Program-made: the position numbers and the translations under genes
Notes under the pieces: generated by a model
Told to the model about the DNA's origin: nothing
The model's input: the letters and a program-made list of their open reading frames with translations, nothing else
Databases searched by the model: none
Shown: positions 24,192 through 36,907 of the stretch, piece after piece
How the letters are laid out: every line of letters starts with the position of its first letter
How positions within the stretch are numbered: position 1 is the first letter of the stretch
NCBI RefSeq assembly: GCF_000315625.1
Contig: NW_005434609.1
Location: forward strand, 277,864-341,863
Source: Guillardia theta CCMP2712
Lineage: Eukaryota > Protista > Cryptophyta
Direction of reading: 5' to 3'
DNA: 64,000 nucleotides

Positions 24192-24765
24192 GTGACATGT
24201 TACGATCGCAAGATCTTAGGTTTCATGAACATGTTAGATTGGATGGTACTTGTTTGCGTCCATGAGGGTTGGTGAGATCAGAGGGTGGGTAGTATTGTAA
24301 TGGTGTTTGTTCGTGGGAGAGGGTAGCATGGCAATACTTTTTACTTATGTCTTTTACTATAATTTCTTCACGCTGTACCCCTTTTGCTTTCCCAGTCTGT
24401 TGTCACACCGTAGATACCCCTTCATATTCTGTTAGGGTATGACCCACCCTACCTAATCCCACAGCTGACACTCTTCCATCCCTTCCATGCAGATACACAA
24501 GGCTGCGAGGGGCGCGAGTAGGGTGGGAGGAGGAGGAGGTGGTGGTGATGGTGGGGCAAGAGCTGTAGTACGAGGGATACGATCCAACGGGTATCTGACC
24601 TCCTCTAGCTTCTCTGCTCCTATCAGTCCCTGGAATACGCGGAATACCCAATATTCTGTAATTTCCTGTCCTCGCTTCTCTTTCCAATCAGCAACCAGGT
24701 TGCAAAACATTCCCTCAGCATTTCCAAAGTGCTACACTAGACAAACGGTTTCTCGTACACCCATA

Positions 24766-26137
24766 ATGCCAGGAGAAATTCCTACCGTTTTCAACCATCT
24801 AGGTGCACACAAGATGATTGTTGATGTACCAGCGCTGCATAAATTTCCTCGCCGTCATCTGCATTATTCCTCGGAATGCTCTTCTTCCATCAAGAACAGT
24901 TGGACTCATCTCAAGAACAGAGCTGTGATCGAGGTGGCTGGAGAAGATTGTGTTGCATTCTTGCAGGGGTTAACCACCAACGACATGAAGCAGTTGAATT
25001 CCAAGAAGTCCATGCTGACTGCCTTCTTGAACGCACAGGGGAGAGTTATGCACGATGCCTTGTTGGTGTACTCAGAGTCTACAAATTCGGTCTTTATTGA
25101 TGTGGCAAGGGACCAAAAAGAAGATTTCCTCAAGTTTTTGAAACGTTACAAGCTGCGAGCAAAGGTGGTGCTGACCGATCACTCGGAACGCCTCGCAGTA
25201 TACGCGGCTGTGGGTTCAGAGGCGAGTCTTGACAGGTTCACATCAAAATCTAGCCCCCAAGACTGTATGTTGTTTCAGGACCCGCGCCTACGTGAGCTTG
25301 GGGTCCGATTGATCTCTGAAGAAGGGAAACATACACTGTTCACCTCGGCAGCCGGCTTCAGTGAAATCTCGGAGACGCTCTACGACATGTAATGCTAAGA
25401 GCTTGCACGCTCTGGACACGCTCTGATGATAGTTTGTTGGCAGATATCGAATCTCCCTTGGCGTTGCACAAGGTCCAAAGGAGTTGCTTCAGGGCACATG
25501 CTTGCCACTTGAAGGAAACATCGAACTGTTTGGAGGAGTTTCGTTCAACAAGGGGTGTTATGTTGGACAAGAGCTCACAGCACGAAGCCACTTCAGAGGG
25601 CAGGTGAAGTCTATGCCTTCTTTGTCATGTCTTCCGTTGGCAACAGCGCGACGCGATTTTGATGTTTGAGTGACGCTGCAAATTTCAGATACGCAAGCGC
25701 TTGATCCCATTTGTCATCACTGAGAATGGATTTGAAATCAATGATGCAAGCACAGTAGACATTTTGGAAACGGCCATGAAGTTTGACAAAGAAGCAGTGA
25801 CATCTGGTGAAAGCGTCGAGATCGAGGGCAAAGGTGTTGCATGTTATGCTCAATGAGAAATCGCAAACCAGGTTTCCTGACAGCGTGCAGGTTCAATCGG
25901 GAAAGTCATCGCAATGGAGAAGGGGATTGGTTTGGCGATGATTCGACTGCAAAATGCTATGGCAAACTTCGACCAGTTAGGGAAGATTCGAGTGGGAAAC
26001 TACCATGGATCACTGATCCTGCCAGGTTGACGAAACATCGTTGCTGTCTCCGCTTCCTATTAACATTCAGCACAGGATGGTGGGATGGTATTGCTGAGCA
26101 AGAAAGTGCACGACAAATGCAGGAATCAAGCGCATAA
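24766..26137 (+). CDS. IBA57: IBA57/CAF17/YgfZ family Fe-S maturation protein (GcvT-like fold), multi-exon
   Basis: RAVIEVAGEDCVAFLQGLTTND, AFLNAQGRVMHD, LKRYKLRAKV, DPRL..LGVR, LPLEGNIELFGGVSFNKGCYVGQELTARSHFRG (KGCYxGQE signature), GIGLAMIRL and terminal LPGWW. Confidence 0.92.
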
Positions 26138-26164
26138 ATTGCATCAGCGTCCACGTGAACTGAA

Positions 26165-27120
26165 TCAAGGATGTCCGGCGGTGTTGGTAGTGTTAGAGGC
26201 AGTACCTCCGGTACGCGTCCGACCCGGCACGGTCCGTGTGACGTTGTCTTCACTCTTAGCCTCGGCTTGAAGCTGCGGCTGTTGGGCCACTACGGTACTC
26301 TGGTATGATCGCGGAAGTGGCCCGACGCGACGCGGCGGCGGCCCGTCACGTTCTCCGACGCGCCGCCGCCGACTCAGTCGCCGCCCGGATGTTCTGCCAG
26401 GCTGAGTACCCGGAGTACGGTCAGTCTGCTGAGTCAGTGTTTGGCATCGGACCGCCGGCCCAGTGTCACAATAGTTCAAGCCCGGTGAGCTACATGCCGC
26501 CGCGCCCGCAATGCCTTTACTGATCGGATCGGATGCCTGTCACGGCGGAGTGGCCCGGGCCTTGTTTCTGCCCACTGGCAACCGTGAACCGTTGGCAACC
26601 TCCGACACTTCAAGTACCCACAGGCAGCCTACGGCACTGCAGTGGTCACTGCTGAGTCTCGGATCGGACCGTACTGGGTCTGTCATCGGAGGCCGGGCCC
26701 TTGAATTTACCGTACCAGTAGTGACTCGGAATCTGCCGGGATGAACTTGAAAGTACCGTAATCGATCGGATCAGTGAAGCCTGACCCCCGTGCGGCGCGG
26801 CCGCGGCATGCACTTTACACGGTACTGAATCATCCATGCCGGCCGATTCCGGCGGCGTGACTCCTCCGAGACTCCCGCGCGGCCGGCCCGGGCCCGCGTC
26901 CGGGCTTCGGACGCGTACACTACAGTACCGTAGCCTTAGTACGGTAAAGGCTAGTAACGATTCAATGATTCCCGGGCGGCCCGGCCGCCGGCAAGTTTTG
27001 TCACTGGCTTCAGTGACTCCGGGGTCCGACGGTCACCGGACTCCGGACGTTCGGGGCCCGGCCGGCCCGGCCGGCTGGGCGGTGCACTGACTGCGGCAGT
27101 CACTCGGTACTCAGTTACTG
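26165..27120. repeat. GC-rich mosaic intergenic tract
   Basis: Same word vocabulary as 1940-3005; bounded by a reverse copy of the 40-bp motif at about 27146-27186. Confidence 0.6.
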
Positions 27121-27506
27121 CTTTCAACCGAAATCCGCGTCTCTTGATTGTCCACGTACTGATTTTTAACTTAACTTTGACTAAACTGAAGTTTCGAGGG
27201 GTGTATTTTATATCTGGGGAGGGTTTTAGTTATAAATTTAGTAGTATACGTTGTCATCTCTGACTGTATCTCCTCGGCCCGGGCCGGCTTTCTGACAACA
27301 AATGCCACTGAAAAGAGGTCTTTCCGATTGAGCACGTCGAACCATTCCTGAGACTTTTTGGAGCCGAGGAACAATAACAATAATAATATGAGATATGCGA
27401 CATATCTATCCTCCCTCTCCCGCTTCCATCCTACACTGTCCCCCCCCCCCCCCACCCCACCCCCTCTTCATTTTTGTCTCCTGCTGCCCTTCTTTTCTCT
27501 CCCGTC

Positions 27507-28346
27507 ATGTACACCCGCATCAAAGTCTTCCCCAGAAAAAAGGCCGGCCAGGAGGAGAAGAACAAGCCCTTCTACCTCTCCACCCTCGACCTCACCACCA
27601 TGTTCCACCTCAGCCTTCAAGCCGCCGCCGACGAGCTGGTGAGCCCCACGAGAGAGGAGCGAGGGGGACGAAGAGCTGACCCGAGCTTGTTGGAGCAGGG
27701 GATCTCGCTGACGGCCATGAAGAACACCTGCAAGAAGCTGGGCGTCAGATGGCCGACCCAGCACGAGCGGCAGCGCCTGCAGGAGGAGCGGGAGGCGGGA
27801 GGGCTGGAGGCGGTTGTGCTTGCCAGGCGACGGCCAGAGGCAGGAGAAAAGGAGGGACTTCTGGGTGAAGAGAGGGCAGGGCAGCTTGAGCAGCTCGTGC
27901 AGGCAGAGGAGGAGGTAATCAACGTTGGATCGCATGCAGGATCTACAGTGATGGACATACCGAGGAGGATTCTGGAGGAGGTGAGATGGGGCTGGGTAGG
28001 GAGCAGTGGGATAGGGGCAGCCTACCATGCGCCGACACTGGGAGTAGGAGGAAATTCGTTGGCTCCCTCAGGCTGGAGAGGTGCAGTCGATGAGCACATG
28101 AGTGGTGTGGGACTGGAGTTGGGCGATGGGGGGAAGCAGGAGCCAAGGAAGTGTTCTGGAGGCGAGTTGGTGACGCAAGAGGGAGGAGGTGGGTCTGGTG
28201 GAGGATATGTATGGCTAGGAGCTGGATATGCAGACAGAGGACGTGAAGAGCAAATAGATACCGGGGAGAGAATGTTGAGGGCTGGGCAAGGTACTGGCGA
28301 GGAAGAGCCGGCGACTTTTGATGGCAATGAATTCCTGGCTCCATGA
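27507..28346 (+). CDS. RWP-RK domain transcription factor (copy 1)
   Basis: VFPRKKAGQ...LSTLDLTTMFHLSLQAAADEL|GISLTAMKNTCKKLGVRWP after removing the 60-nt intron 27639-27698. Confidence 0.88.
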   Translation: MYTRIKVFPRKKAGQEEKNKPFYLSTLDLTTMFHLSLQAAADELVSPTREERGGRRADPSLLEQGISLTAMKNTCKKLGVRWPTQHERQRLQEEREAGGLEAVVLARRRPEAGEKEGLLGEERAGQLEQLVQAEEEVINVGSHAGSTVMDIPRRILEEVRWGWVGSSGIGAAYHAPTLGVGGNSLAPSGWRGAVDEHMSGVGLELGDGGKQEPRKCSGGELVTQEGGGGSGGGYVWLGAGYADRGREEQIDTGERMLRAGQGTGEEEPATFDGNEFLAP

Positions 28347-28790
28347 TGCTACGGGCTTGTCAATTAATTTTAACGCTGAGAATACTTTTGACTTTGCCCT
28401 CGGTGACAATGCATGCGTTTGATTTTTCCCTCGTCACGCCCTTGGAAACAGTTGATCGTTGATCAATATGGAATGTTCAAATATTGCATCGGTTTTTCAA
28501 ACAGGGACTGGCCAGGCTTAAATTTCCTTTAAATTTCCTTGACCTATGGAATCTGTCGCGAATATTTGTTTTCAACTTGGATTTTATTGCAGTCTTTTGT
28601 GTTCAAGTGTTTGAATTAAACAAAGCAAGACCATTTGGAGACATTGATGCTCTAGAACTGCCAACCTGATTTGGTACTTTGAACACCCATCGACAGAAAG
28701 AATCTTCTAAGACTTTCTGTCGGTTCTCAGCTAGATCTCTTTCTGTTGACACGAATTGGCGAACTTTCACCGGCTGATTACCTCAAATTT

Positions 28791-30286
28791 TTACATCATC
28801 GTCGTAAAGTACAAAAAGCAAACAAAACACACTCCGCACTTGCTATTCGTTCGAGAGCTTTCTCTTGCGAAACCTCCTCCTCTCAGATGAGAAGTTTGGA
28901 CGGCCAGGCAGATCCACAATCTTGAGATATCTGAAGGCAGCGTCAATCGGAGCCTCCTTGCAGTAGAGCACAGCGCGGGTCCTGCTCCTATGTCAGGCTA
29001 GCAAACGTCCACGGCGTTACAACCCGTTACCTCTGCGCCTCAAGCACATACATCTTGTACTCTGTAAGCCTGTCTGTGGTCCTGTCCTCAAACTCATGCA
29101 CCTCCCGGATCGATCGGATCGCCCGCTGCACCCTCGTCACTCCGGCTGCTGACAGGTACTGATCGAGGTCCAGCTGCTGCAGGCCCAACTTCACAGCTCC
29201 GAGGTGTAGGAACCTTCCAGGGCTAAGGCGCTGAGAGTAAGGAACATGAGGAGGCAGGAGTGTAGCTTACAGGTACGCAGGAATGCTGCTAAAGCTCTTC
29301 AGCACCATGTCGTCTTTGACCTCCAGCTCGTACTCTTCAAAGGTGACCTGTAGGGAAAGGGGTCAAAATGAACCTAAGGAGCTTAGAGGCGATTACATCT
29401 TCCTTCTCGGGGGAGTGCACAGATTCATCGAGATCCTCCTCCTGCTCTGATTTCTGGAACAATCGGCGAACATACCCCACAAGATCTTCAAGTATGATGA
29501 ACAGGACTGCTTGCCTTTTCTGTACGCTCGTCTCATCAAAGGAAAAACAACTTTCTTCGGCCTCCATCACCTTGTAAAAGGTACAGAGGCCAAACATGGC
29601 AAACAGTGTAATCATCACAGGAACTACAGCAAGCACAAGTTTGATGCCCGTGGCTGTGTCGCCGTCGTGCACGACTCCAAGGATGCTGGAGGATTCGTTG
29701 AAGACCGGCAGCTCGCATGAACGACCCGTGTAGGCGACTTGAGGGAAAGTGAGACGACGAGACAAGTCAGTAGCATGGAACTCACCAGTGAAGTTGTCAG
29801 GGATGTTCGATAAACATTCGCAGAAAGATTTGAAGCCGTCGCTCTTACAAGCTCCTTTTCCACTGCACGGGTTCATGAAACCTCCCGGACACTCAAACTC
29901 ACACTTGAACCCTGTCCAACCTTGAAAGCCAATCCATCTCACTGAAGGCAAAACATGAACATCTTGAAATCACCTGCAGAACAAACACAGTTTCCCGTGT
30001 TGCTACACGTTCCACGAGCACTACAAGGGTTGAGGTAGATGTCCGTTGGACATCTCATAGAACAGTCTGTCCCTCCATAGCCTGTCTGACACTGACAACG
30101 ACCATCGATGCAGCTGCCCCTGTTAAAGCAGATTGTCCCATCTATGGACAAGCACGTTGAATCAAGAGCGGCAGCCCTTGATCCATTCTCGATCAGGGAG
30201 ATGAAAAAGAGGGTGTAGAGCGGGAAATCCATCATGTATAACATGATGGCTCTTTTTATCATCCTCGTCCTTTTCAGCAATCGCAT
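28791..30286 (-). CDS. EGF-like repeat single-pass membrane protein, multi-exon
   Basis: Three EGF-like repeats ([23 protein letters not shown]; [22 protein letters not shown]; CSGKGAC...CEC...YTGRSC), a TM segment [22 protein letters not shown] and spliced cytoplasmic exons. Confidence 0.8.
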
Positions 30287-30656
30287 CTTGCAACGAGTTC
30301 ACCGGAGAGACCTCGCATTCACGCTAGCCGCCGCCGCCGCCCGCTGCCGCCACCGCCGCTGCTGCTGCTGCTCTTTGTCCTCCTGTTCCCCTTCCGCTTC
30401 CCTCCCGTTAGTTGTCAAGTTCGTTTGACCGCTGTGGATGCGGAGGAGCTAGTCAATGTTTCCACCGGGTTTCGCCTAGAGGGGTGGGGGTATTGTAGTT
30501 CACGGCGGTACGGGTCCTTGACAATTATATGCTGAGTACCCACTAATTTCCACCTTTCCACGTGATCTTGAGGGGGTGTGGTACGGAAATTGGAGCAAGT
30601 ATCTAGGATGGGTGATTATAAATATAGTGGGGTGGTGGGGTGGTGGGCGAACTGGC

Positions 30657-32544
30657 ATGTTTGGTTTTGAGTGGGTGGAGGACGAAGTACTTCCGCGACT
30701 TCGAGGGCGGCAGCCGGTACATGCAGGGAGGAAGCGACAGGGACTAGAGCAGAGACAAGGCCTGATCGCATGTAAGAGTGATCAGGTACCTGATGCATGC
30801 TCGATGCTGCTTCCTCCCTCAAGGTGGGCTGCTGACTGTGCTTGCTTCAGACTTCGGTCAAGGAGCTTATTTCTAGAGAAGGGGAGAGCCGGAAAAAGCT
30901 CCTGGACGACTACTCAACCCTGAACAGGCAGCACGATGCCATGAAGGGTTTTCTCGAGTATGCCAGGAAGGAGATGGTAGTGCACAACACTGAGTTTCAT
31001 CTGCACAAGAGGCGATTGGTCGACAGGAATGGATCGTATGCTCTTTCGAGACCGTCTGACTTGTCAACAGGGTGAGGATACTTTGTGCAGATTTGGGGAT
31101 CAAGAAATCGTTCGTAGAGACCCTGGCAAGGTCAGAAAGCTTCGAGGACTTCATCGAAACGCTCGTGCAAGTCTGCAAAACGTTTGAGAATGAAATACAA
31201 GACAACCACAAGGCACTCAAGGCTGATGGAATGTAATGCTGCCTACTATGCTGTAGTATGAAGAACAACGCCGTGATCGCTTGTTTGTTAGATTTTGGGA
31301 TGAGACCACCAGCACAGATTTGTCCAACGCGCGAGCCCTTGGACTTTCTTGGGTGCCAAAAACCAGAAAGCAGGTCGAGAAGGCCAGAAGGAGCTCAAGG
31401 AGTTCGAGAGCAATGAGCATCGTAGACGAAGAAGACATGCTGCAGTTGGTGGCGTCAGCTAAAAACGACACATCCAACAAAATCCAGATCGTGTCCATCT
31501 GGAAAGATGTGAGAGCGTGTGGGACGGGGCGTTGAGGGGGCTGATATTATGTCTCTTAGTTCTTCGGTCAGCCCATCCTCTCTGGTTCCATCCTATCAGG
31601 CATCGTGTCAGAAGCAAACTTCGCCGATGTCATCCAAGGGCAAGAGGGTTCCAGGTTCCCCCCGCTGGATGAGTATGGAGGACAAGGCTCGATGACGCCT
31701 GCGCAGTCAAAGTCAGGGGTACCATCTTCACGCCCTGGCCAAACGCGACTCCGGATTTCAAATTCACATGTCCCTTGCTTCGAAGCATGATACTGTTCCG
31801 CAATATCAGTTGCCAGGCTCTTGTCGTTGACCCTGCTAGACAGGCTGCGGGGCTGTGGTTGGTGGAGGTTGTGGACAAGGAGGGATGTACCCCTTTGATC
31901 GCCTGCGCAGAAGCTGCGGGCAAGGGTAAGGAGACGGGTGAACGTGCGTATCCTGCCATATAACTTTGTCTCAAGGGAAGAATCCTGGGGTCGGCGTCTC
32001 GGCTGCGGTGAGTTTGGGAGGAGGACGAGGACAAGAATGAAAGTTGCCAGATCTCCCTGCTCATGCACGGAGCAAACCCCGAGCACATTGTGAATCTTCC
32101 TGGCACTCCGTCCCGGTGAGGGCAGGAGGGAGGACGACTGCTTGCCTGCCGTCTTGACGCGCATGCAGGATGGCTCTTGGAGTGGCGCTGGACAACAACA
32201 ACAAGAGCCTGATCTCTCTCTTCGCCGCACACTCTCGGTTCGTAGCAGGTAGACGATTAGAATGCAGTGAAGGCCTCAGCCTCATCTTGCTGACAGGAGG
32301 GTACTCGGTCTCTACCGACGCCATTGCCGACATGCAGCCCGCGCATTTGAGTTGCTTGCAGAAACTGAAGAGAAGCAGAACCCGGCGAGCGCTGATGGAA
32401 GTAGAGTGTTTAGAATGCCTTTGCTACCACTCGAGTGCCTTCATGAAGGCAAAGATGTTCGACGAGATGAAGCGTGTTCTGCGCCTTCTGGATGAGATGG
32501 CGTTGGAGGCGAAGGAGAAGGGGTATTATTCACAAACCTCATGA
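30657..32544 (+). CDS. coiled-coil and ankyrin-like repeat protein, multi-exon (start uncertain)
   Basis: In-phase exons; ankyrin-like DKEGCTPLIACAEAAG and LLMHGANPE...ALGVALDNNNKSLISLF. Confidence 0.6.
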
Positions 32545-32590
32545 CTCTTAGGAGTGTTTGTGATGGAGAGCACAACATACAATTGAAGCA

Positions 32591-33543
32591 TCATGTTTCT
32601 TTCACTCTGAGAAACCAGACACTCCATAAAATTCCTGTGATCAACCACAGCAAGAAAGTGCTAGTAAGATACAGGGAAGCCATTGCCTGACATGTCATGG
32701 TCAGATCTGAACCGCACAGGAAGAGACTGCAACATTTATCTCACCTGAAGCTTCAGATTCTCGCAGCTGTTTGTCACGACAGCGTGCAGAACAGAAAGCC
32801 ACAAGATAAACTCTACACACCAGAGAATCATTCTAGTCTCCTCTGCCTCCGTCCCCAGCCTCCTGATAACGAATCGCATCCCGACGAAGCTGTGAACAAT
32901 TTGGAAGACTCCAGAGAGAATGAGGAGAGAGCAGAAGGTCGCCTGGCAAACTGTGTCCTCCTCTCTCATACCAACTTGGATGCAAATCCCTCCCACTACA
33001 AGTTGGACAAGGGAGATGATCGCTCGGAACCAACGCTTCACGGGTATGGCCGTCTCGATCAGGACTTCTATATCGCCACTGAAGGACTTCTCTAGGGGAT
33101 CTGCGAGCAGAAAGACTGCAGCGGGAGCTGAAACCTCCTCCTCCACGTCGATTAGTTTCAGACTGGACAGATTTTCCGACGCTGATCCAGCAAGGTTGCT
33201 GTCCATCGTTCGGTGGACACCAGCCTCTGCAATGCTCATGTCGCTACCTGTCAACTCAATCAGCTCGCAGTTCAATCGCTCCACAGCTCCTTGACGAGGA
33301 CCTGCTGGGCCTTCATCTCGACCATCAAGGTTCTTGGCAGAAACAGCTTGCTGCCTGTCTTGTACGGTTCGAGGGTCGGTGTCTTCCGACGAACCCGGTT
33401 GTTCTCGGCCAAGGGCCTCATATCCTGACAGAGAAGGAGACAGGAGCTTCTCAAACATCAGTTTGCAAGCCTAGAGCTGTCGGCGCCGCCAAGGTAGCTC
33501 AGCAACACATCCAAGGAGGATGGTCTCACTCGCAACAGGACAT
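32591..33543 (-). CDS. hypothetical four-TM membrane protein
   Basis: Short first exon MSCC, a 240-aa open exon with three hydrophobic helices, and a last exon AMASLYLTSTFLLWLITGILWSVWFLRVKET*. Confidence 0.65.
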
Positions 33544-33763
33544 GGCGACAGTCTGAGACGGCAGTAGCTCTACTTCATAGAGCATGCATAAACCTGCACA
33601 AACCTCCGTCCTCTCTCTCTTCCTCTCTTCCCTTCCTCTCTTCCCTTCCATTCATCCGCATGGCATGTTTCTAAATGCGGTTCTGAGGGGGGTTCGTTTT
33701 CACTACCCCTACCGTATAAAATCTGGAGAGACGACCCGTCCTCTTGCACGGCTGCGAACGGCC

Positions 33764-34466
33764 ATGGCGAAGGGAGCTGGCATTAGCGCGCATGAGCTGA
33801 TGGACACGTCGAGCTCTTCGTTCTATGCTCATCACTGGTGAAATATCCTCTGCCCTCCCGTCTCTTTCTGGTCTCGTGCAGTGCCGTGCTGTGGGGGTTG
33901 TCTTTCCTTTCGCCTTTTCACCTTCTTGCCTCGATAATATGTTTGCGGGCGTCTGTCGTTTCTGTCTGTTCTTTCGATGGAGAATGACCTGTGTTGTGCT
34001 GGCACTCTCACGTGATTCAAGGCGAATTTTGTATGGAACACGCAATTAAGCTCCTGCATCATGTCTTGACTCTGTTTGTGTGTTGGGGGACGAAACATGA
34101 TAGGGCAAAAAAGTTCTCAATGAAATGTCGAAATCGATATTATCAACGGGTTGATGAGAATTGCACCAATGAAATTTTTCTTACAACCTTCAGCTTCACG
34201 ATGTTCCTCTATTGAAGGCTCGATGTGCTGCTTTTACCGCACATTTGAGTTGCTGTTTCCCGATCAGCTGACGTTCATCTCTCAGGGTGAAGCCGCATAA
34301 GTCCATCTATGGGCTGACTCATGGGTACTTCGAGAGACAGAACAACTTCCAGGCAGATCAGCACTCGACCATTCCCCATGACAACGACACTTGGTGGGCG
34401 GAAGGTGTCAAGGGATCGCAAGCATCCATCCCGCACTCGGCATGGGTTGCGGGGGAGAGTGTTTGA
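33764..34466 (+). CDS. small two-exon hypothetical protein (~84 aa)
   Basis: Exons 33764-33837 and 34286-34466 join in phase (HHW|VKPHKSIYGLTHGYFERQ...AGESV*); CTGAC branch site at 34268. Confidence 0.45.
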
Positions 34467-35117
34467 GAGGAGGTAGGGTGTGAGCAACGGTATCACCTGA
34501 ATGCTGGCTGAGTGAGCAGGAGAGCAGCAGGGGAGGAGAATGTCTACGAGAGTTGTGTAAGATTGTGCGTTGATAGATCTTGAATATTAATTTCATGCCA
34601 AAACAAGCCGTACAATAGTGATTAGAGAAGGAGTGGAAGGTAGGGAAGGGAGTTGGTACTGCATGACCGAAGTAAATAATGAATCGAGTATAGACAAATC
34701 GAATGTTAAACCATCCCCAGCCCTTTGCGTTTTTGGAAGTTTGTATGACAAAGCCTGGTCCTTGCGATAATCCTCTATCACGCTTATGAATCAGCAACAA
34801 TGAGGCATGCAGAATCGAACACTGAGTAAAATGATGTCTGCATCTTCTAGGCTGACTAGCTGACCTTGATTGCAATCGTCCAAGATAGGATGTTGGAACA
34901 TGGATAAAATCCTGCAGCAGAGGTTGATACGAAAGAGTGCTGTCGTTATGGTGTCGGATATCACTTGCAACTGATCGGCAAAAAACTTACATGTCAGTCT
35001 GTTCCTATCATGTTGCAAGTTGGTAAGCCGGCAAGCCCATCGGTTCTCTTCCCGCCGCCGCCAGACTAGTTAGGATCAAAGTGCCATTATGACGCCTCAC
35101 CACATTGCAATATCAAC

Positions 35118-35190
35118 GGGCGACTAGCTCAGATGGTAGAGCGCTCGCTTAGCATGCGAGAGGCACCGGGATCGATACCCGGGTTGTCCA
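35118..35190 (+). tRNA. tRNA-Ala (AGC), identical to the 24119-24191 copy
   Basis: Same 73-nt sequence, followed by TTTCTTTTT terminator at about 35203-35211. Confidence 0.97.
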
Positions 35191-35279
35191 ACCACAGTCA
35201 TCTTTCTTTTTAACTTTCCATGCAACTTGAAGTTGACTTTTCCGACCGTTGAAGATCAGGATGATTTTTTAATCCTTTA

Positions 35280-35478
35280 AACATAGTTAAGTTAAAAATC
35301 AGTACGAGGATAATCAGAAGAGTAGGAGGCTTGACCCTGACCAGTAACATAGTTAAGTTAAAAATCAGTACGAGGATAATCAGAAGAGTAGGAGGCTTGA
35401 CCCTGACCAGTAACATAGTTAAGTTAAAAATCAGTACGAGGATAATCAGAAGAGTAGGAGGCTTGACCCTGACCAGTA
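35280..35478. repeat. perfect tandem repeat, 3 x 66 bp, containing the AGTTAAGTTAAAAATCAGTACGAGG motif
   Basis: ACATAG recurs at 35281, 35347 and 35413 (period 66). Confidence 0.95.
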
Positions 35479-36907
35479 CTGAGCCCTGACACTTTAATCC
35501 TTTGAGTAAAGGTTTATTCCTGTCCTGTCTGTCACGCCAGGATTATTTTATTACATCCGTCACGAATCACACGTAACTTGTCAGTACTAGTGACCAGCTC
35601 GGGCTCGTCGGATCCGACTCAGTGACCGATCCGAGTCCCCGGACCTGGCTAGGCTCGGAGCTGTGGTGTAGGAGCAAACTTCACGCAGCACTGCGGCGTT
35701 CCGTGACATCTGATGCCACAGCGCACTCGGAGCCTCGGAGGAAACCTTAACTTGTAAAATTGACTGATATTTAGTAGTTTGACCTTCAGTTTTAGAGTTT
35801 TAAGTTTTGTTTTTATCTCTTTCTTGGAACTGTTCGACATATCGTGAATGACAATTGCGCTGCATGCCGCAGTGCGATGTCGGTAAAGCACCAAGATGTC
35901 CATGATGGTTGTGTTTCCTCATTTGTTAGCGGCATGAATACTGACTAAGGATGGAGAGCATGCAGTAAGGGATCTTTCCTTCCAGGTTCTATGATGCCTT
36001 GGATACAGATAGCACTGTACAGCTGGTTCAAGCATGACAAGCACAGGCATTCGACTTTCAAACAGATAGCCTAGAGGCTTGCACCAGCCAAGCATTGCTT
36101 GATTCATGCCAAGTCTGTCTCCAATTTAGCTTCATCTGCAGGATATCCCATCTTTGAAGGCACATCTTCAATCACTTTTCACCTCATTCAAATACAAAAG
36201 TTCACTGGCTGATAACGTGTTGTGTGCTTGAAATCTTCATCAAGTGAAGATAGATGCACTTGTCAGAGATCAAATTGATGTAAAGTACATGGAAGCTCTC
36301 CGATATCCTTGAGTTTTGCGTAAGACGCGTTGCACAACCGTGAATTTGCTCAGCCTGTTTATTCAAATTTGCATTGTACATAAACAGATCAAAACTTGAT
36401 ATGCATACTGTGAGACGAGGAACATGATCTACCACACTACAAGCTTTCAAGGTTGTTGACTGCGCGGGAAGAGAGGGAGGATGGAAGGCAGGGGCGAGCA
36501 GAGTCACGGCAGGGGTGAGCATGAGGGAAGGGAACGGGGGAGGAAGGGCTTCAAATGGGTACCGGGAGATCGCAACGGTTGGGACCCTATGCTAAGCCAA
36601 TCGTTGAGGTCGTTCATATTCTTAGCCACTAATTGCTAAGCACATGGCTGACCTTAGGATGTGCTTAGCCCATTTATTAACTAAAGCATTTGTACCAGAG
36701 GGCTAAGGTCAAGGTCAAGGTTAGGTCAGCCCATAAAGCCCCCTATTATACTTTTTACAACTTTAGGGCCGCCTTTCTCCACTGTGGGACTCCGCCTGTG
36801 CTGTTCCTCTGCTGCTGTTCCTCTGCTGCTGTTCCTCTGCTGCCGCGTGTTTCTCTGCTGTTGCTGTGCTGTTGCTCGTGTTTCATCTGCCTGGGTATCA
36901 TCTAGTC

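Noticed and set aside
24487-24765. N-terminal extension of the IBA57 ORF
   Set aside because: Runs through low-complexity GGGT/ACCC-type intergenic sequence; a downstream ATG (24766 or later) is more plausible.
28691-28722. 10-bp inverted repeat (CGACAGAAAG/CTTTCTGTCG) as a terminator or SECIS
   Set aside because: Short and isolated, lacks the SECIS core, and intrinsic terminators do not apply to Pol II genes.
35280-35478. CRISPR-like array
   Set aside because: The units are fully identical with no unique spacers, there are no cas genes, and the context is eukaryotic.
34560-36522. Small minus-strand genes flanking tRNA-Ala
   Set aside because: Some splice-like signals, but I could not build a consistent reading frame or recognise a product.
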